NCBI GenBank assembly: GCA_965153455.1
Contig: OZ234493.1
Span: 29,130,213 to 29,194,212 of the forward strand
Direction: 5' to 3'
Source of the DNA: Sphagnum compactum
Lineage: Eukaryota
DNA: 64,000 bases
This document shows, in pieces, positions 38,143-50,200 of the stretch. Position numbers and translations under genes: made by a program. The notes beneath the pieces were generated by a model, which was not told the origin of the DNA, searched no databases, and saw only the letters and a list, made by a program, of their open reading frames with translations. Position 1 is the stretch's first letter. Every line of letters begins with the position of its first letter.

Positions 38143-41100
38143 TCAAGCAGCAGCAACTTCACTTTTGTCATCTTTAGCCCAAAAACTTGTAGCCTTTCCT
38201 GTCCTTGAAATTCGGTCCAGGACCTCATCAGGCTTCACATTTCCAGTAATTGTCACCTTCTGCTCCTGCAAGTCTATGTCATAGGAATTCACACCTGTAA
38301 TTGGAGCACAAAATCAGTTTCAAACTCTTATAATTCTGTCCACAAAAAGTCCACATACATGGACTGGGATATCATATCAGAGCAAGATCTCTTGAATCTC
38401 TTGATTCTGATAACAAGCACTGCAAGGTCTAATTTGAACACACTCTTCACAGACAGTCTCTAAAGGTATTCACTTCACTAATGGTTTGAACCTAAAACAA
38501 ACACTCATCCAATAATTCCATACATAAGTTGATATAACTTCACATGCATGGACATATCCAAGGACATAAGTTCAAAATAGGAGTACCATCCAACTTGCCG
38601 ATGGCTCTCTTTACTGCTCCCACACAGCCTCCACAGGTCATGGCAACCTTCAGGACAACAGTCTGCACAACCACCATTCTGGTAAGAGTTCATTGACTGC
38701 AGCAAGCAATAGATCATAATTCTCATGAGTATTGAAAAATATCCATAACTCATGATTAAAGGCAACTATTCCTTTTAAAATTCCTTTTAAGTCAAAGAAA
38801 AACTTCCAGATAAGGATTAAAGAGCAGGGAAAAAGAGATACACAGAAGGGAAGAACTTGTCTGAAACAACAATAAAATTAGCAGTATGAACAGCAGTGAC
38901 AGACCCTAAATTCTTGAGGGACCATCAACAGTAACATGTGTGATAGTGACTTTTCTATCACAACTTACCCACTAACTTCATCAGCTCACTGCAGTGGGTA
39001 TAGGCAAGTGTAATTATTACCATAAGTACTGAGTTTCTCTCACAAGTCCAGAAGCCACAGGATAACTTAGTGATGGTACGGGCTAGCACCCTTCACTACA
39101 AAAGGGAATAGACAGAGAGAATACAGAGGGTAAAAACAAAAGAGTGAGTCACATGAGGAAAAAAGAACAAAACATAATAAACAGAAGGGAGAAGACAAAT
39201 GAAGACCAATTCCACTTGGAAAAGCTTCTCATTTACCAGACTAATTACCCAATTCTACAAACTTCCCACAACTGAAATTTCAAATAGAAAACTCTCTTTT
39301 ATTGAGCAAACCTCTGATCCTCTTTAAGAAAACCTTGAAAGGGTAGCAGGAAGTTGAGATGACCATCTGAGAAACAAAGAAACCTTGAGAACTGAAAAGC
39401 CTCAAGAACCTGTAGAATTGACTATTGATAATGCCCCACTTAGCAGCAATTACAAGATTAGAATGAGCATGAGGCATATGGATCATGTCAATACCTTCCT
39501 TTTCAGGTTGAATATGATTATAGAAAATATCACTTGAAACTTCTAGCACTTTAGTCAATGGCTAAATCCAAAAGTTACAAGCAAAGCCATTAGACATACA
39601 ATTGAACCCACAAAACATTTTAGGGTGTATGCCGCCATTGAAAGAGTCTTTGTCCGGGTACATAAAACTCTCGAAAGTTCCAGACAAAAAGATCACCCAC
39701 AAGCCTATAAATTAGGGATGATCTCTGAGGGTGTAGAGTTGGACTCCAAAAGACATTTCAAAAAATCAAACTCAACTGCAGGAAGCAACCACAAGCACAT
39801 CCACGGGAACCAAAATTTTGAATCAGTCCAGCATCTCCCTTTGCAGTTTAAAACCTCAATATGCTCAGAAGGAATATGTCAATTTCGGCCAATGCACCAC
39901 TGCATATGCATCCATCTGAAGACTTCAAACGCCATTGCAATTGAGTGCACAATAGACTGTTTGACAGATAGCTCTATAATGGCCACTCCACAACAAAGAT
40001 AGATTCTGAATCTACTCTTGGAAACAGATTTTGCTGCTGAATTTGCTCATGGAAAATTGATCAGTCCACACCAATCCTTTCTTGTGATTATAAACCCTCT
40101 TCTTGACAACTCTGAACTGTTGTTGGTCACCTACTGGGAAGAACCTTAGCTTATGTTGTTTAACTGCAAGGAAACATCTGATAAACTAATGAATCATACA
40201 ACAGCTTATTCCACCACAATCACCAACTGGCCACTGGTTTGCTTGATGACATACTCAGTCACAAACTGACTTCAGAAGAAAATGCAGAGCAAGCTTGAGA
40301 CAGGTCATTGCAGAGTCACAGGTACTCATCATGGAGGACAGACACCAATGATTAGTGCCCACCCAATCATGAGATAATCTGAGTCTAAAGCATCAACTGA
40401 AGACAAAAGGAAGCACAAATTCTACATCACAGGTGTCAAGGTGCACCTCAAGCTATTCTTCACCTCTTTGCTTGGTAGACAACATACCACCTTGGCTTCA
40501 TTATTATTGCCAACAAGCATGTAAAGGACCATATTAGGAAAGCCTGGACCAGGCTTGACGTACACACCATGGCCTAGTTTTGGAACCACATAAAATAGTA
40601 AGTTTCTCCTTCAATTCTTCAGTCACAAACTGAAGTGTCAAGCACCACAACACCATCGTCAGAAAGGCTGGTCATGCCCTTGAGTCTGAGAGCTTCACAG
40701 GGAACTACAGAGGCATCTAGACTCGAGTCTGTTTGTGAAAAAAACAGCAAAAACATTCTTTGCCGCTTGCCAGAAAACCAAATCAACAGACTTTTGCACA
40801 CACGTCAAAGCGCACAATTCTTGAGACACTCGTGACAAAGCTGAAACAAGGCACTTTCATCGATGGAACAAACTGCCATATCAAACCGCGAAGTCCACAG
40901 TTTTTCACATAGCTCACTTCAAAGGCTTCTTTTACAGATAGATCTGCTATAAAACTTCTCCTGTGACGTGAATAGATCATCCTACCTAAGTCCAGAATTG
41001 TAAAAAGATATTTTTCTATTTCAGAACAAAGCGTTGTGAGACAACACAAGGCGTGGAGCAAGCGGAAATAAGCAAGCGATTGTTTTCAAAGGCACACAAA

Positions 41101-41215
41101 CCTGTGGAAGCGAAGTATGTCATGAGGATGGAGAGAAGAGGGGCCAGAAAAATGTTGGTTGAAAGAAAGTAGGAAGGGAACCATCGGAAAAAGGATAAAC
41201 CTCGGTAGAAGACAT
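38143..41215 (-). CDS. ATX1: ATX1/CCH-type copper chaperone (HMA domain), 80 aa. Exons 41215-41201, 38662-38587, 38294-38143. A possible 124-aa N-extended isoform starts at ATG 41602
   Basis: [80 protein letters not shown]. It has the MxCxxC metal site, the C-terminal xTGK motif, and the tiny first coding exon typical of plant ATX1/CCH. GT-AG introns are in phase (0,1). Confidence 0.92.
38889..39087 (-). ncRNA. Candidate structured RNA (copy B), possibly a ribozyme, at a Penelope-like 3' end
   Basis: GAGCTGATGAAGTTAGTGGG at 38987-38968, hairpin TGTGATAG/CTATCACA at 38962-38939, and a long stem TACCAT..ACTAAGTT/AACTCAGT..ATGGTA. Homologous to 25647-25848. Confidence 0.45.
38889..39540 (-). 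mobile_element. Penelope-like retroelement 3' fragment in the long ATX1 intron
   Basis: '[39 protein letters not shown]...YPFKVFLKR' matches the PLE RT C-terminal (S-N/H...K.G...SQ..RF.R.CS...GYP) pattern. A T/C-rich tract (39110-39200) and the conserved tail follow. Confidence 0.7.
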
Positions 41216-44200
41216 GGTGACGATCGAAGAAGATAGACACAATGAAACCTCGACTCTGCTCTTCCTGAACCCGCAAATGCTCCTCCGCGATGAAAAAAGC
41301 CCCCTCCGACGATGATCAACCAAAAACCTGGAGACGATAACAAAACCTGGAGGCAGAGAAAAGGATTGAGCAAGCAAGCAGACGATGATGACAAGGTTGA
41401 AGAATTACGAAGAGGAAAATCGCAGTGATATTGAAGCTAATAGAGGTCGGCAAAAATAGAAATAATAACAATAATGAAGTCAGGAATTGGAGAAGAGACG
41501 AAAACAGCAAGCAAACAACAGAGATCCGCAACAAAAGAAAAACGTTTTCCACAACACACAGAAAAACACTTTCGTCACTGACCTCTGTTTGTAGACACGC
41601 ATCTTCTTCCCACCTTTATCGGATGATATGCAGAACTCTCTCTCTGCGTCCGCGTCCCGCAGTGGAAGCACAACCACAAAGGAACTTGCTGTCGAAAAAG
41701 CCTCCTGCAAATTGCTTGTGAATCAGAGCATATTTTTGAAAAAAGAAGACATCAAATAATTCAAAAATAATAAAAAATAACAGCCTATTCCGCGTTCTTT
41801 CTGTCGCAGTCTTCACCAATCAATCAACGCACTAGGCTACCTACTTTCTAACTTACTTAATTTCCTTTGGAAGGTGACCACAATTATTGTGCCTCCCTCA
41901 TTTTCAGTTTTTTAGCTTCTCTTTTCATTATTAGGCTGCTATGATCACAGATACGCACTTATTAATTGGAACCCATTTACATAGGGTTTTTTTCTTGTTG
42001 CATTGGACATGAGCTTTCCATAGGAGGCTTGCATCTTCGTCGGCAATATGTAATTAATCAATGTTGAGCACTTTAAAAACACGTTCCCATTTAGAAAGAT
42101 AAATGTCATAATGTGATGATTCACAAATTATGTTATAATTCTTGCATTTGATCAATGTTTGAATGATACAGTTGCGACATGATTGTCAAAACAGGTAGCT
42201 AACTAAAAATAATAATAATGGAAAGCTGCTCTCATCACAGAATCTATGATCAGAGCAGCCTAATGAAAAGATGTCCAAAGTTAGCCTATGTATCATGGAA
42301 TGTGGATGGTGAACAAGGAAGAAGTTGTGTGAATAATGAAGCACTTCTTGGTCTTGAGGAAACCCTGGGCACCCAGCCCATTTTCCACCACAAGCTAAGG
42401 TATACATGTTTGCACGTGACTTCACAAAGACACATTCACTTGAGATGATAGTAAAGGAACGTTGCTGTTTGCTCCATAATATGAAAATTTGAAGCTCCAG
42501 CACCACAAAGCAAAACCATTGCAGCTTGTGAACTCATTATGAAATATGAGCCTGTAACATGTGTCTCTCTGTGCCTTGTCTTTGGTTCCCAGCAAGGTTA
42601 CTACTTGCACAGTAAAATACAAGAACTTGTTTTAGTACTTCAGATTGGGAAACTCTAATACAACATCATGCTAAATTTGCTCTTGGACAGTGGTGATGCT
42701 TCTAGGTCTCCAAATGGGAGGAATTCAAAAGACTTTTGTCCTATTTCATATTTCTCCCAAAATTGTGTGCATTTTGCACATCAGGTTGATTCTTTACATG
42801 GTAGTGTTTGATTGCTAATGAGAAGCTTTGATTATTCATGAGTGCAGTTTTTCAAATGTTTTACAGATGTTAATAGCGTGGCTTTTCCATACGATTCTGA
42901 CTGAGTGTGTTCGCCATTCTTTTGAATCCCCTATGTGCAGCAGAACGATGGAATTTTAGTGCAATCCAGCAGGTTCATGATGGTGCAGCTCCAAGCATTG
43001 TTGATTGTTTGATCTTCTGCTCAACAGGTGCAGTGACAGCAGAAAGTGCTGTTTCAGAGAGTTGGTATTTTTCATTCCTAAAGACCACAAAGAAATTTTC
43101 CAGTGTTTGTGGAGGCTACATGTACAATGTAATGCCCTGGCTTAATTTTTTAGTTATAAAGCAAGCTATGTTATACTTGATTATAATCTCTCCTCAAAAT
43201 GTGAAGGCACATTTTATATTAAGTTGCACATTAAATATCATGTTTCAGCACATTTGGTTCTATGTTTTCATTATTACATAATCTACATTAGAAAGCAAAT
43301 CTAAGACAAGGCTTTACTTATGGAAGGCCAAAGTGTGGGGGCATTCCTGAAATATGGGCCTACCTCACCTTCCACCTCATCAAGTCCCTTGATTCAAGAA
43401 TGGCCTCACCCTAGGGCGTACATGTAATTTTCCCTCTGCAAAACAAGAGCATTGATTTGCTTATGAGCGGGTTTTTATGTTTACTATCTTTGTAACAACC
43501 TTTTTTTAAATTGATGACATTTCATGAAAAAAGTGAATTAAAATTCAAAAGCTCCAAAAAATGATGTGATTTTGGAGATTTTCAATCACCAAAAGTCAGA
43601 AAAAAAATAGTAGAAGTAGCCATATTTATATATTTGGGTTTCAGTGTGTAGCAAACAAATATAGAAGGATGTTTAAAAATTTGTACTTCATATTTGGTGT
43701 GTATTCAAATTTGGTTAAACCTTGGTAAGGAGGATCACCATTTTTTTCACATCTTCCAATTGTTGATAGACACTTTGGTTGCAACAAAAAATTCATTAAA
43801 AACACATTGCATTCTAATGTTCCTTCTCTTCTCACATCTTATCATTTAAAGATTCATTTTTAAAGACCCAAAGATTTATATCTCTCTACCAACACAGACT
43901 ACAAAGACTAGGTAGAATGTCAAGAGTGTCTCTTGCTTCCTTTTCTAACAACCTCTTCATATTGCAAACTTCTAATCAGCCACTTAGTTTATATAGTCTG
44001 GGAGCTTTAAGCTTTAATTTCATGAACTTAACAGCTTAAAATTCGAAAACGAATTATGCCTCCCTTCATTTCCTCCTGATCACCAGAAATGGGACTGTCA
44101 CAATGTTAATGGGGGTCCCACACTTAGTGGTAAGTCCTGGTTAAGTCAAGGGTAGAAATTGCAAATTTAACCTTACGGCCACACTTCCAATGTTACGTAG

Positions 44201-45729
44201 CACAATTTATGATGTGTCTACCTACGTGGCAAGCAAATGTAACTGAATGTTAGCTTCAAAGTAGTTCACCAAATCTAAAGAAAACCTAGATTTGGGGAAA
44301 AATCGTTAGTGGTAGCTAGCAGTAGAACAAAATGTATAGGAGAAGGGCCTGAGTCCTTCCGTGATTTGAGATCTGTGCCCAAGGCCGGTAGGTTGAGGGA
44401 ACAGGTCGAAAAATGCAGAAGGTCCTGTACTCAGGTCCTTTTCCCACGTAAAGAAGAGCTGGGATTTTTTCACTTTTTAGAAATAGTGACAGGTTGGCTG
44501 GTACCTTCGGCTGGTACCTTATACTATATATTATGAACCTTACACTTTTGACACCAAATTAAATTATCATTTTTAAATGTGAAAAATTAAGCATTGGTTA
44601 CACTTGTTGTGGCTCGTGTTAGTGTGACTGCACCCTATAACATAGTCTAAAGAAATCCAATGTATATGTAGACAAATAGTTGGTAGTGTTGTCTAGCAAG
44701 GAGATATCAACATCAATTCTTAATTTCAAATAATCACCTAATATGACCAACTTCACTACCAATTTGTTGGTCCCACCTCTGTTGGTAATGAAATCCACCA
44801 CTATTGTTGTTAACTTACAATAACAACCAGTGCTATTGAATGGAACATCTAGTTTTGGGATTTTCTTTTTCTAGATGTATAACCTTTAGCATGTTCTACC
44901 CATGTAAAATGATTGTAATAAAAAAATAGACAACACAAATACTTCACAATTGGAATATGAAACACAAGTGGAACTGTATTTGAATCATAAACTCCAGCAA
45001 TTTGTTGTCTTGACACATTGGTTAGTGGTAGATGTTGTTTTGAATTGAACATGTCTTCTATAGCAAACCTACAACTAGTGACAACCAAATCTATAAGCTT
45101 GAATCCAATAGTTTTAGACCACTTAATGCAAGCTTTCATGAATTAATGGTGGCCTACTAATTGAAGCTTCCATGAACAATTTTAAGTACTACTGTTTGAA
45201 GTTGTGATAGTACTTACATATGTGGTGTGGGACTTGATGAATCTTTCATTTGAAATCCATCATCTATTTGTTCTTTCCCATAATCTATCAAAATGTTGGG
45301 AAATGAAGCGACCACACTGGGATTATTATCATGAACTAGGGCATGATAGGAAATGGTCGGCTTAGTATAATATATTAAACTGGCTGGTATAGTTTTTTTT
45401 AATATAGTAAGGTTCATAATATATCATTGGAACATGTGAATTAATTTAAAAAAATCTGATGAATAATAAGCTTTCCAAAACACTCATTAAACATTGTAAC
45501 ACATGTTTTTTAGCACTAAAAAGATTTATAAATAAACTTCAAAACTTTTGACAATTATGTACATTTTGAAATCTTTTACATAAATCTTGACATAATAATA
45601 TAAAAAAAACTATAAAGTTTTTTGAAGAATTTTAAAAAAATATTCTAGAAAATATTCCACCAAAAGTAATCCCAAAAGTAGGCGGGTGCAGCTCGTGTTA
45701 TCCCATTTCTACCTGGTATACACACGACC

Positions 45730-46140
45730 ATATGTCATAGAGGGATTCATGTATCACCCATCCTCATATGTGGGATATGGTAAAAGGCAAAAAGAAAGGG
45801 GAGTCTATGGATAGTGTTGTGAATTTCGTGAGGATCAAGTTCAAAGTGCCTTCCAACATCCAAGAGGTTTTAGTCCCTCTACAATATGCTAACCATTGGA
45901 GTGTGATTGTAATGAGTGCTTCCCATTTTATGCACTACGATCCCTTTCAAGACTACCAACATCTTGCAATTTGCAATTGTGCATCATGTTTTTGCAAAAA
46001 TGTGGGCTATTATATAAGGTAAATTGTCAAGGACACTTGAATGGAAGCGATTAGTATCAAAAAATAGTTGGGTGTGGCTTGATGGACCATAGCAACTATC
46101 TAATTGGGAGTGTGGGTTTTATGTCATGAAATTTATGAAC
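45730..46140 (+). pseudogene. Ulp1/C48 (SUMO protease-like) peptidase remnant associated with the MULE
   Basis: 'VLVPLQYANHWSVIVM...HYDP' carries the catalytic His and Asp regions, and 'GP*QLSNWECGFYVMKFM' carries the Q..N..ECG catalytic Cys motif. Stops and frameshifts are present. Confidence 0.75.
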
Positions 46141-47299
46141 AAATATGTCAACTACATGTATCCAGACAATGCTGCTAACATTAAAGTGCAATTGACCTTA
46201 CCCAACCCACAAAAGCTTTTGTTGTAATTGAGTACAAGATTATTTACATCCTGAATCTTGTAATTGTTTGCTGGTTGTAGGTGACACCAACTTGGTTTTC
46301 AAGGGATGATGCAATCACAATGTGTTCAATTCTAGTGAATGCAATATTATAGACATTGCGTATGTCAGATTTTGCAAACACAGGTTGGGTTATTGACTTG
46401 GGAGATGTAACTAGTGGTGGGGGATCAACATCAACATAGTTTGGGAGTGTTTTAGCATATCATAGAAGTGACGGAACTAGGAAGTTAGTGTCTTATGCTA
46501 GCTAATATTCAATAAAAACATTAAGTTTGAAATGGGTTTATAGCAACAACAACATAATCATACCAAGTAGACTTCATTGGTATAGTGTTTTTTGTGGTAG
46601 TGGTATACTATTTCTATGCGTGTGGAGAGAACTTCCAATAGTTAAATGTGCTTTTGGTTTGGTGCTAAAGCTGATGAAACTTGATGGGTTTGGAAAGGTT
46701 TAACACATGTTAATAGAGATTGAAACCATGCATTTTTATAGGTGGACATAATGCAATATGTATTTTGCTACAATTTAATAAGTGTTTATATTTGCAAAAA
46801 ATTATGTGATAACAATGTGGTTATAGTCCAAGGGAAAGTGGGATTCTAAGGGTGTTTCCCATCTTGGTAGTTTGGGTTGATTTGGAAATGTTAACAAGTG
46901 TTCATGTGCTAGTTCATTTTTTGCACTATTACTCATACATCTTGTCATGCTTTGTTTTTCATGTAGTTTCGGTTGTTACCATAGGTTGTGTTGTAGCAAA
47001 ATGCAGAATGTCACATGATCATTTACTGGTCATGAATACAAGGGTTGAGAGACCACCAATGGTGTCTTGGAACAATCATTGCAAGTTGTAAATACAATTG
47101 TCATAAAACAATGTTCTATAACATGCATATCACTAAAAGACTATGGCAATGGTATGGAGTCCCACAGAACAATACATAAACAAATAACAAAAAATACAAC
47201 TTAAATGAAACTTGTAATTTAGATACACAAAGTATTAGTAACCTACAATTACAGATCCATACCCACATTTGGTATCTTGGATTCCCTTGGCATTTAAAT

Positions 47300-50200
47300 G
47301 CGCATGTGCCTAGTTGCTCTAACCTTTAGGTGATTTTATTTTTGAACATGGGTTCTTAGGATTCCTTTATGCCTTCTAAGTGTGTTATCACCAATAGTAG
47401 ATGGAAACAAAGGGTCTATGTCTAGGTGTTCAAAACCAACAATCCCCCTAGCTATCAGGTCTTGTTGTTTGCCTTTCAATTCTTTCAGTCTTGATAGTAA
47501 ATCTAGTTGCAAAGCTAGAATTTCAATGGTAGTGGTTCTTATGTCATGAAATACTTGGTCAATGAGTTCCCCTAGGTCAATATATTTGACCTGGGCAATA
47601 ATGGTTGTCATCTCCAAGGTACCAATGTCTTCGTTTTTTGGGTTTATGTCAAATTATTGATCAGATTGTAGGTCATCACAAACCATGTGTCCAATTGCTG
47701 GAGGACCTTTGTTTACTCCATGGAATGTGCCTGTATTTCTAACAATGGCACCATCAAGGTGTAGCATTTTCAATACCTTCATGACATGTTTCCATGCAAT
47801 CCTTGTTCTGCAAGTGGGCAATCGCATTGTGGCCACTTAGATGATGGAATGTGAATGGTCCATACTTTGGGTGTGTAGTTGATGGATGTGACATATGCAA
47901 TGTCCTCCCCATCAGGACATAACAAGACATTGGAATCTAGAATATCTCATGCCTTTAACACTGCTGAGGCAACAATACCTTCTTGTTTCTTGTTTCTCAC
48001 ATACCCAAACAACTTGCATTGCACATTGTACCAATAGTGAGTAAGAACATTTCCAACAAGATGAAAAATCAGCCAATCCAATCTATGTCCAGTAAATCGT
48101 TCTTTGGAAGAAAAAAAGATTCATTAGTGTCATGCCCTACATGTGGAATGTTGTGATTGCCAACACACCACATTGTAGCCTTATGAGTCCAATGGTCTTT
48201 AAGATATTCAATGAATCGAGATGCATTGCATATTTGGTTGCCATGACATAAATTTGTAATTGTGCCCTCAAAACAAATCATTATCCAATGGAAAAGCTCT
48301 TGAATACATGATCTGGCCCAAAGCAAATAATACTTTTATTCGGTCTTCTACTTTTGCAATTTCTTTTACATCATTTTCTACCCATTGTTTGCACACATGC
48401 CATAAACATAAAAAATCATTGGCCCTTGGCCAAATATTGCTGCATGGGAAAACATCATCTATAGAAATTAATTCTTGCAGTAGTCTAATAAAATGTTTGT
48501 GAATGTCAAGTAAACATGAAATATAACATGTTTTGACGGAAATTAATGTTATGTAGAATAAATATAGTTTGTGGGAAAATATGTTGTGTAGCAAAGAATG
48601 ATCTGCCACACTATTTTGTTCTACAACAAAGTATGCACTATAATACACAATTAATAAACATGGAATTGTGGGTAGATTTAGGGAAATCAAACCTCAACAC
48701 ATTGATTTTAGCTTGAACATTGTCAACAAAGATAACATTAGGCATCCAATTGCTTGGTATACATTTTGATAATGCTTGAAGAATTGGGTCAAGGTCATTC
48801 TCTTGACTTTTTCCAATGACAATGAATGCAACCAGTTTCTCATTTTGCCATTCATCAAACACCATTAAGGTGTACAAAAGGTACTGCAAAGAACATAATG
48901 CCAACATTAGTTATGATGTTGTGGAACATATTAAAATTTATGTGGCATTGCATACAATAGCAAAAAGGGCATACCTTACTTTGATTAGTGTCAAATGTTG
49001 CATCAAAGATATTGTACTGCCATGCCCAAATTTTTGCATAATTTCCAATTACCATGGAGTTTGAATTCCCAATGTGAACGAAATGTCATCTTGGGTTTGT
49101 GAATTGAGATCCATTGACGCACCCCTAAGCTCCTTGATAGACTCAACTACGAGTCTAAGGTGAAAACAACGGAAGGCTACGGAGTTGGGGTACGTTCCCT
49201 GACTTGTAGCATTTCAGGGGTAGAGGGTGTGCTGGAGCTCTGGGATGGGGACTAGGATGAATGACAAGCAAGTCAATTATTCACACGGACCAGCACAAAC
49301 AAACAACAAGTTGGTTAGTGCATAGTTGAAGCACCTTTGGTACACGGACGAATCACGGGTAAACACGAACTCAGAAGACTCACCACGGCCCAGACTTGGG
49401 GGAAGCCACCACCTTCCCCCTTATAATATTCTCTATGCCTAGTCACGGAAATGCACCCAAATGTCATTTTGTCCCGGGACTCCCAAGTTGGGAGTCCCGA
49501 AATTCTCGAAATCGGGACTTTTGCGACTTTGGAGGCCCATAAGTTTTTGTTCAAACCTCTAATTAAGGTGAAGTCTAAAGAAAAGTTGTAGCCCTCGTTG
49601 AGAGCTTTCCAACTGTATATGGCACATTACCTACACACAAATAAATCAGGGCGATTCTCGACTTTTAATGGTCAGAAGTCAAATTGGCAGTTTGACTCCT
49701 AGCCTTTCTTTTGGCCATAACTTATGTTTAAAGTATGCAAATGGGTCATGCAAGCCCATTTTAGATATCTAAGTTCCAAGATCTTTCCAATGCTATAAGG
49801 AACTTTTCAATCCAATGAATTTTGACCCCTGCAATCGCCCTCTAAAATCTCGGGAGTCCATCGGGAGTCCAACTCCCAAAGTGGGAGCTCACTTAGGAGT
49901 GTGGGGGTTCATTCCCTCACACTCTCCTACATTCCCGAGAGCATGAAATGTGACTCCCAGGCTTCACTCTTAGCCTGCACCTTTGCAAGCCCTTGCCTTG
50001 GTCACGAGCCCAAGGCTAGGGTTGCGACATCCATAGGGGCATGTTGAACATAAAAGAAAATTGAATCAGGATTTTTTAGAACCCACATTTTAACAATAAT
50101 GGGGTCCTTGCAGTGTTTTTGCCAAGTTTCTCACGTCGAACATGAAAACAAAGGTGTTTCAAGTCACAAGTTCATTTTTCAATGCCATTTTTCTAACATG

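Noticed and set aside
38663-38678. Alternative ATX1 start MVVVQ at 38677
   Set aside because: It lies just upstream of the acceptor GTGCAG|ACT. The MSSTE mini-exon at 41215-41201 fits the conserved gene structure better. It is not fully excluded as a minor isoform.
38990-39050. Resemblance of the structured RNA to hairpin-ribozyme loop B (AGAAAC...GUA..AUUAC) or to a TPP riboswitch (GGGUGCU..CUGAG)
   Set aside because: The loop-B bottom strand is not conserved in copy A, no correct loop-A geometry was found, and the TPP 3' half is absent.
42186-43281. Possible divergent gene or lncRNA upstream of ATX1
   Set aside because: Only short ORFs with no recognisable domain and no consistent exon chain.
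49315-49554. 79-aa ORF that might be annotated as a hypothetical protein
   Set aside because: It lies within the solo LTR.
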